Source: an uncultured Acidobacteriota bacterium
Lineage (GTDB): Bacteria; Acidobacteriota; JAQAZP01
Direction: 5' to 3'
Length of the DNA stretch: 64,000 nt
Assembly: GCA_963836075.1 (NCBI GenBank)
Contig: CAWIIB010000009.1
Location: 322,437-386,436 of the forward strand
Part shown: piece by piece, positions 1 to 8,675 of the stretch
Layout of the letters: every line of letters starts with the position of its first letter
How positions within the stretch are numbered: position 1 is the stretch's first letter
The notes under the pieces: model-generated
Told to the model about the DNA's origin: nothing
Database searches by the model: none
What the model saw: the letters and a program-made list of their open reading frames with translations, nothing else
Program-made: the position numbers and the translations under genes

Positions 1-942
1 GATGAAGATGGTGGCGATGATGGTCAGCACCTTCATCACCTCGTTCATCCGGTTGCTCACACTGGAGAGGTAGGTGTTCACGAGGTCCGAGCAGACCTCG
101 CGGTAGGCCTCGATCAGCTCGATGATCTGCACCGTGTGGTCCTGGCAGTCGCGCAGGAAGAGGCCGGTCTCCGGCGTGATCATCTCGTCCGCGTCCCGGA
201 TCATCGCGGCGAACATCTCGCGGTGCGGCCAGGCGTCCCGCCGCAGGGAGAGCAGCGCCCCCTTCATGCCGTGGATCTGGTGCGGCGCGCCCGGGTCCTG
301 CCCCCCCATCACGAGCTCTTCCAGCTGCTCCAGCGACTCGGCGGTACTCTCCAGCACCGGGAAGTAGCTGTCCACCACCGCGTCCAGCAGGGCGTAGAGC
401 AGGTAGTCCGCCGCGGATCCGCGGATCCGGCCCCGCCCCTTGCGCAGCCGCTCCCGGACCTGCTCGAAGCAGCCGATCGGTTCGGGGGTCAACGTCAGCA
501 CGAAGCCCTTGCCCAGCACCAGGCTCACCTGCCGCGTGTCGAAACCGTCGGGGGCCAGCGGGGCCCGGGCCACCACGAAGAGCTGGTCATGGTACGGTTC
601 CACCTTGGCCCGCTGCCCGAGGTTGACCACGTCTTCGAGCACCAGCGGGTGGATCCCGAACATCTGGCCCAGGTGGCGCAGCGAATCGAGGTCGCCCACC
701 CCCTCCACGTGAACCCAGACCGTGGGCCACTTCTCGCGGTAGGCCGTGATCGCCTCCACCGAGTCCACCCGGCTCTCGGCGAGGTCATCCGCGCTGTAAG
801 CCATCACCATGAGCTGCGACGCGGGCGCCGCCGGGTCGTGGACCAGCGTCCCCGGCGCCGCACCCGGTGCGGTCAGTTTGCGGACCTTCGACCTCCAACT
901 GCGTCCCTTTTTCGGCTTGTGATGTCCGGGCTCGGCGCTCAT
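1..942 (-). CDS. corA: Magnesium/cobalt transporter CorA. The 5' part is present (start ATG 942, RBS AAGGAGAA); the C-terminus runs off the window start.
   Basis: Reverse-complement translation gives MSAEPGHHKPKK...VEAITAYREKWPTVWVHVEG...FPVLESTAESLEQLEE... and, at the window edge, ...NEVMKVLTIIATIFI (the CorA TM1 region preceding the GMN motif). It is not in the ORF track because no stop lies within the window. Confidence 0.8.
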   Translation of the reverse strand, partial: MSAEPGHHKPKKGRSWRSKVRKLTAPGAAPGTLVHDPAAPASQLMVMAYSADDLAESRVDSVEAITAYREKWPTVWVHVEGVGDLDSLRHLGQMFGIHPLVLEDVVNLGQRAKVEPYHDQLFVVARAPLAPDGFDTRQVSLVLGKGFVLTLTPEPIGCFEQVRERLRKGRGRIRGSAADYLLYALLDAVVDSYFPVLESTAESLEQLEELVMGGQDPGAPHQIHGMKGALLSLRRDAWPHREMFAAMIRDADEMITPETGLFLRDCQDHTVQIIELIEAYREVCSDLVNTYLSSVSNRMNEVMKVLTIIATIFI

Positions 943-975
943 GTTCGGTTCTCCTTTGGGGCTACGGAGAAAATC

Positions 976-998
976 GGGGACAGTCCCCATTTTCTAAT
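976..998. promoter_or_regulatory. Perfect 6-1-6 palindrome GGGGAC-A-GTCCCC (976-988) followed by TTCTAAT (992-998). It lies 34-46 bp upstream of the corA start. Candidate operator.
   Basis: Inverted repeat seen directly. A near-identical copy (AGGGACAGTCCCC...TTCTAAT) occurs at 2482-2507, upstream of the MscS gene. Confidence 0.45.
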
Positions 999-2403
999 CA
1001 GAACTCACCACTCCGTCATCCGGCGGCCAGGCCAGCGAGTCGCTGATCGTCTCGATCTCGCCCTCGCTCATCGCCGGGAAAGGCATCCGCCCCTCGGCGC
1101 GCCATTTGGCCACATCCGCCTCGGCGGCACTGGTCCTTTCCCCGTCCAGGCCGCTGTCCTTGCCCAGATACGCCGTCTGGGAGGGGAAGGCGAATCCGCT
1201 GCCGCTCCTGGCCACGATGTCCATCATTCTCAGGTAGAGGTCCTCGCGCACTCCGAGAAACTCGTTCCAGTCGGAAGTCATCACGAAGGAGAAGATCTCG
1301 ATGTCCAGCGAAAACGCGCCGAAGCCGACGAAACGGACCCGCGCCGGTTCGTTGGTCACCATCGGGTGCGAGATGAGCAACCGGCGCAGTTCAGCCAGTA
1401 CCCAGCGCAGCTGGTCCGGGCTGGTCTCGTAGCGCAGGCCGATGGTGGTGATCAGCCGGACCCTGTCGCGCACGCCGAAGTTCTCGATCTGCAGTGACGA
1501 AAACTCCGCGTTGGGCACCGCGACCACCGTCCGGTCGAGGGTGCGGATGCGGGTGGAGCGAATTCCCACGTCTTCCACCGTGCCCATCTTGTCCCCGAAT
1601 TTGCAGAAGTCGCCCACCCTCACCGGCCGGTCGGTCACTACCATGATCCCGCCCAGCAGGTTCTCCAGTGTCTTTTGCGAAGCGAGGGCGATGGCCACGC
1701 CGCCGATGCCCAGGCCGGCCAGCAGGCTGGTCACCTGGAACCCCAGGTTGTGCAGGATGGTGATCGTGGCCAGGCCCAGCAGGGCCACCTTCAAGGCCCG
1801 GCGGCCCAGGACCACCAGGGAGAGCGCCGACTTCCGCTCCTCCTCCACGAGCCGCGCGGAGAGCACCCGGGAGTATGAATTCACCACCCAGAAGAGGATC
1901 CAGCAGGCCGCGGCCACACCGAGACCCTTCTCCAGCCCCCCCAGCGTTTTCTGGGCCGGCGGCGCCAGTAGCAGCGCCTGGCTGCCGGCGCTGAACAGGA
2001 CCACGGTGAACAGGAACCTGGCCGGGTGCCGGGACCCGGCGAGGAGCTCGTCATCGAAGAGGTTTTCAGTTCGCGCCACCACCTTGCGCAGCGAGCGCCT
2101 GATGATGCCGACGATGAACATCGCCAGGAAGTAGGCCACCACGGCCACCAGCAGCAGACCGATCCACTGCCAGAGCTGGATACGGAGGAAGACGATGTCG
2201 AAATAATGGGACGGCAGCCGGTCGGCGAGCAGGTCGTAGCCGACCTCGCCCTCCAGATGGGCCGTGCTCTCCGACACCGGCTCGGCCGGTTCCTGGGCCA
2301 GGGCCGGAACCGCCAGGCCGAAAAAGAGCAACGGGATGAGCAGAACCGGGACGAGCAGTGCAACCGCCGCTCGCCGGACTGCACCCGCCAGGAATGTAGA
2401 CAT
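994..2403 (-). CDS. Mechanosensitive ion channel, MscS family, with an N-terminal signal peptide/periplasmic domain.
   Basis: The 485-aa ORF 994..2451 has an internal start MSTFLAG at 2403 preceded by GGAGGA. The MscS beta-domain signature VRVGDFCKFGDKMGTVEDVGIRSTRIRTLDRTVVAVPNAEF is present, with TM helices upstream. Confidence 0.8.
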   Translation of the reverse strand: MSTFLAGAVRRAAVALLVPVLLIPLLFFGLAVPALAQEPAEPVSESTAHLEGEVGYDLLADRLPSHYFDIVFLRIQLWQWIGLLLVAVVAYFLAMFIVGIIRRSLRKVVARTENLFDDELLAGSRHPARFLFTVVLFSAGSQALLLAPPAQKTLGGLEKGLGVAAACWILFWVVNSYSRVLSARLVEEERKSALSLVVLGRRALKVALLGLATITILHNLGFQVTSLLAGLGIGGVAIALASQKTLENLLGGIMVVTDRPVRVGDFCKFGDKMGTVEDVGIRSTRIRTLDRTVVAVPNAEFSSLQIENFGVRDRVRLITTIGLRYETSPDQLRWVLAELRRLLISHPMVTNEPARVRFVGFGAFSLDIEIFSFVMTSDWNEFLGVREDLYLRMMDIVARSGSGFAFPSQTAYLGKDSGLDGERTSAAEADVAKWRAEGRMPFPAMSEGEIETISDSLAWPPDDGVVSSD

Positions 2404-2481
2404 GGATCGTTCCTCCATGGGATGTTGTATTCGGTACAAGAGATGCATCAAGAGTAGTCAAAAGCGGTGTGGGGTTCAAGC

Positions 2482-2507
2482 AGGGACAGTCCCCGGCTTC
2501 TTCTAAT
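2482..2507. promoter_or_regulatory. Second copy of the GGGACAGTCCCC palindrome + TTCTAAT motif, upstream of the MscS gene.
   Basis: AGGGACAGTCCCC at 2482-2494 and TTCTAAT at 2501-2507. It sits in the intergenic region between the divergent MscS and DUF2062 genes. Confidence 0.45.
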
Positions 2508-2536
2508 GATGGTATACTTCCGCGCTCCCGGCAAAG

Positions 2537-3130
2537 GTGAAACGGATGATTGACGACGTGCTGAAAACAGGCGGCAGGAAGCCCCACGGCAGGATAAGCC
2601 AGCTGTTGCGCAAGCTCTTCCGCTGGCTGCTGACCCTGCGCGGGTCACCAGAGTCGATCGGCCTCGGTGTGGCCATCGGTATCTTCGTCGCCTGCTCCCC
2701 GCTGCTCGGCATCCACGTCCTGATGGCCATCATCCTCTCCACCCTGCTGGGTGCCAACCGGCCGGCAGCCCTGGCCACCAGCTTCCTCAACAACCCGGCC
2801 ACCTTCGTCCCGATCTATGTCCTCGAATACTGGGTGGGCAGCCTGTTTTGGCCCGGCCCGCCGGTGGCCCGGGTCAAGCAGGTCCTGGGTCAGCTGCTGG
2901 ACCAGCTCACCAGCACCGGTTTCTTCCACATCCGCGACCACTTCACCGCGGTGTTCGAGCTGGGCTGGGACGTCTTCATCCCGATGATGATCGGCGGGAC
3001 ACTGCTCGGTCTCCTTGCCGGCGGTGCGGCCTATATCCCCACCGTAGCCCTGGTGCGCAAGCTGCGCTTGAAGCGTCAGAAGAAGCGGGAGAGGCAAGCA
3101 GCGGCCAGGGGCGACCAGCCATCCTCCTGA
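2537..3130 (+). CDS. DUF2062-like small membrane protein.
   Basis: 197-aa ORF with hydrophobic segments (GLGVAIGIFVACSPLLGIHVLMAIILSTLLG); the family recollection is from memory. A GC hairpin (GCCCGCG-TC-GCGGGC, about 3163-3178) follows, before the convergent gene. Confidence 0.5.
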   Translation: MKRMIDDVLKTGGRKPHGRISQLLRKLFRWLLTLRGSPESIGLGVAIGIFVACSPLLGIHVLMAIILSTLLGANRPAALATSFLNNPATFVPIYVLEYWVGSLFWPGPPVARVKQVLGQLLDQLTSTGFFHIRDHFTAVFELGWDVFIPMMIGGTLLGLLAGGAAYIPTVALVRKLRLKRQKKRERQAAARGDQPSS

Positions 3131-3197
3131 CAACAATACTGTCGCCCGGGAGACTGCCACGTCGCCCGCGTCGCGGGCTCCTCGCAGTGACAGCAGC

Positions 3198-4490
3198 CTA
3201 CTTCCTGACCCACTTCGCGATGCGGCGCACGGCCTCGATCACCTTGAAGCAATAGCGGTCGGTGAAGTCCCCGGGCAGTGGCGAGTCCAGGGGGTGCGTC
3301 TCGCTGGCCGCCAGGGCGCCGGCGCCGTCGAAGTCGACATAGGCCAGCCGGGCGGTGAGCTCCTTCTCCGGCCGGCCGAAGGCCACCCCGGGCAGTATCG
3401 CCACCCCGGTCTCCTCGAGGAGCAGCTGCTGCAGGCTCTCGCTGCCCTCCACCCCGCGCTGTTCCAGTTCGGCGGCCAGCGGCGTGAAGTCGGGGAAGAG
3501 GTAGAAGGCGCCAACCGGCGGGTGGACGCCGATTCCGGCACCGACAAGAATCCGAGTGCACTCATTGCCCAGGGCCGCCAAGATACGGCGCGCGTGCCAG
3601 AGGTAGCGCTCGATACGTACCCCGCCGAGGAAGGCCCGCACCGCGGCGTACTGCACCGGGGCGCAGACCGAGGTGTAGGTCTCGCTGGCCACCGCGGCCA
3701 TCGATTCCAGCAGCCAGTCGAGGTTGCGGGGGAAAGCGAAGGTGCCCAGCCGCCAGCCGCCGGCGCCGCACCACTTGGAGAGGCCCGAGCTGATGATCGT
3801 CCCCTCGGGGTAGTAGCGGGCCACCGACACGTGCTCGCCCCTGTGGTGCAGCTGGCCGTAGATCTCGTCGGAGAGGAGGATCACCTCGAAGCGCCGGGCC
3901 ACCTCGGCGATGGCCTTCAGTTCGTCGGCGCTGTAGGTTCCGCCCTCGGGGTTGCCGGGGTAGTTGAGGATCAGCATCCGCGGACGGAACTGGTCCTGCT
4001 CCTCTTCGCAGATCCGCTGGAACTGCTCGGCGGTCATCCGCCAGCGGTCCTCGAAGCGGGTCTGGACCAGGCGCACCTTCTTGCCCAGAATCGCCGCCTG
4101 GGGAACGTAGGTCACCCAGCAGGGAGCGGGGACGATCAACTCGCCGTAGAAAACCAGCTGGAGCAGGAAAAGCAGCTCCTTGGAGCCTGGGCCGATCAGA
4201 ATCTGTTCAGGCCTGGTATCCAGGTCGTCCTTGCGGCGGTGAAAGGAGGCCACCGCGGCGCGGAGGGCCGGCAGCCCTTTCACCGGCAGGTAGCTCTTCT
4301 CGTGGGCGTGGTTCTTCAACTCGTCCACCACCGGCTCCGGCACCGGGAAGGGGGACTGGCCCAGCCCCAGGCGGTAGACCGTGCGCCCCTCGTCCTCCAG
4401 GGCCCAGCTCCGCTCGTTGATCGCCAGGGTGGGCGACTGGTCGACGCCCCGCACATTCATGTTCAGGCTGACGTGTTTCATGATGTTCAC
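3198..4490 (-). CDS. PLP-dependent aminotransferase, class I/II (fold type I).
   Basis: 430 aa. LILNYPGNPEGGTY...SSGLSKWCGAGGWRLG (PLP-lysine motif S-x-SK...G-x-R-x-G). The length is typical of aspartate/aromatic aminotransferase-like enzymes. Confidence 0.75.
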   Translation of the reverse strand: MNIMKHVSLNMNVRGVDQSPTLAINERSWALEDEGRTVYRLGLGQSPFPVPEPVVDELKNHAHEKSYLPVKGLPALRAAVASFHRRKDDLDTRPEQILIGPGSKELLFLLQLVFYGELIVPAPCWVTYVPQAAILGKKVRLVQTRFEDRWRMTAEQFQRICEEEQDQFRPRMLILNYPGNPEGGTYSADELKAIAEVARRFEVILLSDEIYGQLHHRGEHVSVARYYPEGTIISSGLSKWCGAGGWRLGTFAFPRNLDWLLESMAAVASETYTSVCAPVQYAAVRAFLGGVRIERYLWHARRILAALGNECTRILVGAGIGVHPPVGAFYLFPDFTPLAAELEQRGVEGSESLQQLLLEETGVAILPGVAFGRPEKELTARLAYVDFDGAGALAASETHPLDSPLPGDFTDRYCFKVIEAVRRIAKWVRK

Positions 4491-4539
4491 CGTGAACCTC
4501 CTCCAGCAGGGAGCTGTGGATCCTGTTGGTCCTGGTCAA

Positions 4540-5292
4540 TCAGGGCCGGTCCGGTTCCCAGGTCATGGTCTCCAGGTGCCGGCGGAGCCTGGTTATGGTC
4601 CTGAACTTATTCAGGATCAGCGTTTTCTTCAGCCCGCAGCAGATATATTTCACCGCCGGGGGGTGTTTGGCGTAGTGCTTCGCTCCGCCCAGTGCGTCGT
4701 AGAAAACCCGCACCAGGTCAACGATGTCGGTCTTGCGGCAGTCGGCCCGGGAATGCTCCAGCCGGTAGAGGTCGATCAGCTTCAGGTCGAAGGCCAGGCC
4801 GAAACGGCTGACGATGATGTTGTCGTCGTGGATGTCGCCGTGGTACTCGCCCCGGCAGTGGATCTCTTCCACGCCCCGGGCCAGGTCGTAGAGCAGGCGC
4901 AGCCCGACAAATGGCGGTAACCGCCGGCCCGGCTGGCGGCGGACAAAGGACGAGAGCAGCTCGCCCTTGACGAACTCGGAGATGAAGGCGGTCACCGGCG
5001 TCCGCCGGAAGACCACCTTTTCCTCGGTGAAATACTGGACCAGGATCGGGCAGTCCTTGAGCTTGTGCAGTTTCTTGGCGCAGCGGCGGGAGGTCCGCTC
5101 GTTGACGTTCCGCTGGGGGTAGAAGAACTTGGCCGTCCGCTCGATCCCGGTGCGGATCTCGAGGATCTTGTAAACCTCGCCCTCCCAGCCGCCGCCGAGC
5201 CGGCGGATGACCCGGTACTTGCCGAGAAACTCCCGGCCGGCCGGAAAGTCGAAGGCGTCGATCTGTCTGGTTGCGGATCCCATACGGATCAC
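4540..5292 (-). CDS. Small protein-kinase-like protein (ePK fold; RIO/Bud32/Kdo-kinase-like size).
   Basis: 250 aa. Gly-rich loop LGGGWEGEVYKI, candidate VAIK-like lysine (TAKF), catalytic loop HGDIHDDNIIV. Confidence 0.5.
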   Translation of the reverse strand: MIRMGSATRQIDAFDFPAGREFLGKYRVIRRLGGGWEGEVYKILEIRTGIERTAKFFYPQRNVNERTSRRCAKKLHKLKDCPILVQYFTEEKVVFRRTPVTAFISEFVKGELLSSFVRRQPGRRLPPFVGLRLLYDLARGVEEIHCRGEYHGDIHDDNIIVSRFGLAFDLKLIDLYRLEHSRADCRKTDIVDLVRVFYDALGGAKHYAKHPPAVKYICCGLKKTLILNKFRTITRLRRHLETMTWEPDRP

Positions 5293-5314
5293 CGTTCCAC
5301 CTGGCTCGTTTAGA

Positions 5315-5929
5315 TCATTTCCTCTTCTCCAGCAGGAGCCGCAACTGCCTGAGGTTTCGTCTCCGTCTGAACTTTTGTACAGGCGAGACCCCGTTGCTGA
5401 CGAAACGGATGTCTTCGATGGAATAGAAGGCCCGAGGGTTGAAGTGTTTGATCTGGGCCACCACCCTGGGCAGGCTGCCCCTGTCGATCACTGAGTAGAT
5501 CACGTGCACCTTTCCCCGGCCCCCTTCGGCATCCACGCTGGTCACACTGAATTTCGACGACTTGAGAAAAGCGATCAGCTCCGAGGCGTCCTTGCGGGTG
5601 ATTATCCTGATCCCCACCGTGCCCACGGCAAGCTTCTCTTCCAGGATCATCCCGGTCCAGTTGCCCAGCGCAAAACCACCGGCATAAGCCAGGTAACAGA
5701 CCCAGTTGGTCAAGTTCTGCATGATCTGCCCGATGGCCAGCAACCAGATCAGCACCTCGAAAAATCCGAGCAGCGGGGCCAGCCCGCGCAACCCCCGGGA
5801 GACGAAGATCAGGCGGACCGTGCCGATGCTCACGTCGATCACCCGGGCCAGGGCGATGAGCAGGGGCAGCAACGCCCAGGTGTACAGGGGGGACTGCATG
5901 AACGGGACGGATGCGGTTGCTTCCATCAT
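5315..5929 (-). CDS. UPF0316/DUF2179-type small membrane protein.
   Basis: 204 aa. Three N-terminal hydrophobic helices followed by a soluble domain (GIRIITRKDASELIAFLKSSKFSVTSVDAEGGRGKVHVIYSVIDR) resembling the YitT C-terminal DUF2179. Family assignment is from memory. Confidence 0.45.
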   Translation of the reverse strand: MMEATASVPFMQSPLYTWALLPLLIALARVIDVSIGTVRLIFVSRGLRGLAPLLGFFEVLIWLLAIGQIMQNLTNWVCYLAYAGGFALGNWTGMILEEKLAVGTVGIRIITRKDASELIAFLKSSKFSVTSVDAEGGRGKVHVIYSVIDRGSLPRVVAQIKHFNPRAFYSIEDIRFVSNGVSPVQKFRRRRNLRQLRLLLEKRK

Positions 5930-6207
5930 CTGCTTCTTCTCTTTCTATATCTTTCCGGCAAGCCGGGATCATGATCCGGAGTGCAGCGGACCAAATGAGG
6001 CAAGCTCCGCCTCGAAACCCCTAGCACAGCAAGGGGCATGCCAGCAGGCCGGCGGCCCGGCTCATCTCTTTCAAGTGGTTCAGGTACTTTGGTTTCCGCG
6101 CAGCCCCGGTTTGCGCCAGGTGGCGGGCGCCGTCAGGTGGCGGTAAAAACCGGAACTAAATAGTCCGACAAAGCGGCCCGTCGGGGCCTGGAGCGGGATC
6201 GGCAGGC

Positions 6208-7647
6208 TCACCGGCCGTCACGGAAATCCTCCTTGCGCAGGCCGTGGCGCCGCATCTTCTCGTTAACCGACCGCGGGTCCATCCCGGCCAGCTTTGCCGT
6301 CTTCCCGATCCGCCCCCCGGTCCGCCGCAGCAGGCCGGCAATGTACCGCGCTTCCAGCCGGCTCACCGCTTCCCGCCGCACCTCGCGAAACGGCCGGTCG
6401 AGCCACTCGTCGGACAGCGGTTCCCCGCCGCCGGCGATCAACCCGTCGAGGTCGGTCCGCTTGCCACCCTCGGCCAATCCGCTGATCGACTGGGGCAGGT
6501 CGGCCAGCCGGATCTCGTCCCCCCGGCAGAGCAGCATGGCCCGCTCGATAATGTTCATCAGTTCGCGGACATTTCCCGGCCAGGCATACTCGCTGAGCGC
6601 CTCCAGCGCGGACGGCTCGATCCGCTCGATACGCCGTCCCACCCGGGGCAGGAAGTATTCGAGATAGCTCTCGGCCAGCACGGGGATGTCCTCCTTCCTC
6701 TCTCGCAGCGGCGGGATGGTCAGCGAGATCACGCTGAGCCGGAAGTAGAGGTCCTGGCGAAATCGCCTGGCCTGCACGTCATCATCCAGGTCGCGGTTGG
6801 TGGCCGCCACCACCCGCACGTCGATCTTCACCGGCTTCTCGCTGCCCACCCGCTGGATCTCGTGGTCCTGGAGCACCCGCAGCAGTTTGACCTGCAGGTG
6901 GACCGGCATCTCCCCCACCTCGTCGAGGAAGACGGTGCCCCGGTGGGCCATCTCGAACAGGCCGCGGCGCGCCCGGGTGGCCCCGGTGAAGGATCCCTCC
7001 TCGTGTCCGAACAGTTCGCTCTCCAGCAGGCTCTCGTGCAGTGCCCCGCAGTTCACCGCCACGAACGGCCCCCGGGTACGAGGCCCTTCGGCGTGTATCG
7101 CCCGGGCCAGCCGCTCCTTGCCGGCGCCGGTCTCGCCGAGGATCAGCAGTGACACGTCGCTCGGCGTCACCCGGCGCACCAGGTCGATGAAGGCGTCCAT
7201 CGCCGGGCTGGCCGAGATGAAATCGTTGAGCGTCGGCTGGGAGAGCGGGTGACGGATCATCAGCCCCTGCACGGTGTTCTCCTGCCGCTTGCTGAGCAGC
7301 GACTGCACCACCAGGGCGTGCTGTCCGGCCGGCAGGCCGGTGTAGAGCACGGCATCGCAACCGGCCGACATCAGCGACACCCGTTGTTCCGGGTCCTCCT
7401 CGTCCACCAGCACCGCCACCAGCGGAGAGTCGGGCAGCTCGCGGAAGAGGCGGATGGCGTCCACCGCCGGCTCGGGCACCAGCCCGATACTGACCATGAT
7501 CAGGTCGGCGTTCTCCCGCGACACCCGCTCCCAGAGCCGCTGCCGGCTGGGGATGCTCTCCACGATCACATCGGGAGCGGCGAGGGCATTGATCAACTCC
7601 TTCTTCAGGATCGGCCGGTCGACCACCAGAATCACCCTGGACAGCAT
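6208..7647 (-). CDS. Sigma-54-dependent transcriptional activator (NtrC-family bacterial enhancer-binding protein; receiver + AAA+ sigma-54 interaction + Fis-type HTH domains).
   Basis: 479 aa. Walker A GETGAGKE; the sigma-54 contact GAFTGA motif is present as GSFTGA (...ELFGHEEGSFTGA...); C-terminal HTH ...TAKLAGMDPRSVNEKMRRHGL. Confidence 0.85.
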   Translation of the reverse strand: MLSRVILVVDRPILKKELINALAAPDVIVESIPSRQRLWERVSRENADLIMVSIGLVPEPAVDAIRLFRELPDSPLVAVLVDEEDPEQRVSLMSAGCDAVLYTGLPAGQHALVVQSLLSKRQENTVQGLMIRHPLSQPTLNDFISASPAMDAFIDLVRRVTPSDVSLLILGETGAGKERLARAIHAEGPRTRGPFVAVNCGALHESLLESELFGHEEGSFTGATRARRGLFEMAHRGTVFLDEVGEMPVHLQVKLLRVLQDHEIQRVGSEKPVKIDVRVVAATNRDLDDDVQARRFRQDLYFRLSVISLTIPPLRERKEDIPVLAESYLEYFLPRVGRRIERIEPSALEALSEYAWPGNVRELMNIIERAMLLCRGDEIRLADLPQSISGLAEGGKRTDLDGLIAGGGEPLSDEWLDRPFREVRREAVSRLEARYIAGLLRRTGGRIGKTAKLAGMDPRSVNEKMRRHGLRKEDFRDGR

Positions 7648-7839
7648 CGGCTCCCCTCCTTTTCCCGTGAACGCATCAGTGCCCGCTGATATCAGAACAT
7701 TTTATTCCTATCTATCGGAACTAAAAAATCCTACCAGAACCGGACCGCGGTTGTCGAGCCAGTCGAGCGAACTGTTTAAGTTGTTCGATTTCTTTGACTA
7801 ACGGTTGCCGTCCTCGGGATCGGCAACTCGGGGGGAAGG

Positions 7840-7854
7840 TGGCACGCCGATTGC
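7840..7854 (+). promoter_or_regulatory. Sigma-54 (-24/-12) promoter TGGCAC-N5-TTGC, directed away from the divergent activator gene.
   Basis: tGGCACgccgaTTGCc matches the RpoN consensus with exact spacing. It lies about 115 bp upstream of the small Lys-rich ORF. Immediately upstream is an imperfect inverted repeat CGGTTGCCG-N11-CGGCAACTCG (7803-7830); further upstream is the palindrome CTGATATCAG (about 7685-7694). Confidence 0.5.
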
Positions 7855-7968
7855 CTCTACTCCGGTTGCGGGACGGGGAGTGCCGCGGTCGGGACTCGGG
7901 AGACGAGCTCTTCGGCGGCATACCGTCCGGCCGGCAAACTGATCGGAACGGGGCGAGGAGGCGAACCA

Positions 7969-8100
7969 GATGCCAAGGAAAAAAGTTCAGGGGAAAAAGA
8001 AGAAAATCACGACGGTGAAGACAGCTGCCACCAAAAAAGTCAAACCGGAAAAAATCAAGCAGGTCAAACCAAGAACGGCGGCCGCGCACCCCAAGGGATG
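7969..8100 (+). CDS. Candidate 43-aa lysine-rich small protein (MPRKKVQGKKKKITTVKTAATKKVKPEKIKQVKPRTAAAHPKG).
   Basis: ATG preceded by GGAGG at 7 nt. It is AT-richer and Lys-codon-rich in an otherwise GC-rich genome, and lies downstream of the sigma-54 promoter. It is below the ORF-track length cutoff, so I found it by reading the sequence. Confidence 0.35.
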
Positions 8101-8142
8101 AACGGCAGCCCGCCGGACGCGGGATTAAAAGGAGTCTGGAAA

Positions 8143-8652
8143 ATGAGATCACACACTGTTTCATCGGTGTTCGTCGCGTTGCTTTTTTTCATGCTGGCCC
8201 CGGCCTTCGTCCTGGCCCAGGCACCGGCCCGGGCGGGGGAGACGACGGCCATCGTGGCCTACGTCGTGGCCGAATACGACGGGGAGGAAAACCTCGTGGG
8301 GCTCGTACTGGAGGAGGAGCAGGGTGGGCTGTTCCGAGTGGTTCTCGATCAGCGGGGCCGGCAACTGGGGAGCGAGCTCGACGGTGAATGGGTTGAAGTG
8401 AGCGGCACCGTCGTCGAAAGGGACGGCGAAAGCTGGATGACGGTGAGCGGCTATTCCCTTCCGGCCCGGCAGGAAGAGGAGGACCAGTGGATCGAGGAGG
8501 AAGAGGTCGAAGACTGGAACGATCAGGTGGAACCATCTGATCAGGAAGAAGAGACGGAGGAGGGCTGGGAGGAGGATTCCTGGGAAGAGGAGGTGGAGGA
8601 AACTTCGCCCGAAGGTGACAATGAACCGGCTGACGAGCCCGACCTTTTCTGA
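8143..8652 (+). CDS. Secreted acidic protein of unknown function (signal peptide, Glu/Asp-rich C-terminus).
   Basis: MRSHTVSSVFVALLFFMLAPAFVLAQA has the shape of a signal peptide, and GGAG sits before the ATG at 8143. The C-terminal tail is EEEDQWIEEEEVEDWNDQVEPSDQEEETEEGWEEDSWEEEVEE. Confidence 0.5.
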   Translation: MRSHTVSSVFVALLFFMLAPAFVLAQAPARAGETTAIVAYVVAEYDGEENLVGLVLEEEQGGLFRVVLDQRGRQLGSELDGEWVEVSGTVVERDGESWMTVSGYSLPARQEEEDQWIEEEEVEDWNDQVEPSDQEEETEEGWEEDSWEEEVEETSPEGDNEPADEPDLF

Positions 8653-8675
8653 GTCGGAAATGAGAGAATTGCGGA

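Noticed and set aside
136-1497. 453-aa plus-strand ORF (and similar long ORFs at 14541-16847 +, 17053-19224 +, 31282-33039 -, 34344-35699 -, 46858-49455 -).
   Set aside because: All lie antisense to well-supported genes (corA/mscS, SLC13, the MATCAP-GshB fusion, hoxF, hoxH, glgP). Their translations are Arg/Gly/Pro/His-rich low-complexity strings with no motifs. They are stop-poor frames, as expected in GC-rich DNA.
2404-2536. Looked for a Mg2+ riboswitch (M-box) or other leader upstream of corA, mgtE and the CNNM gene.
   Set aside because: mgtE and corA have almost no 5' leader (mgtE starts in an ATGA overlap; corA has 35 nt). I cannot recognise an M-box by eye. Covariance-model scanning would be needed.
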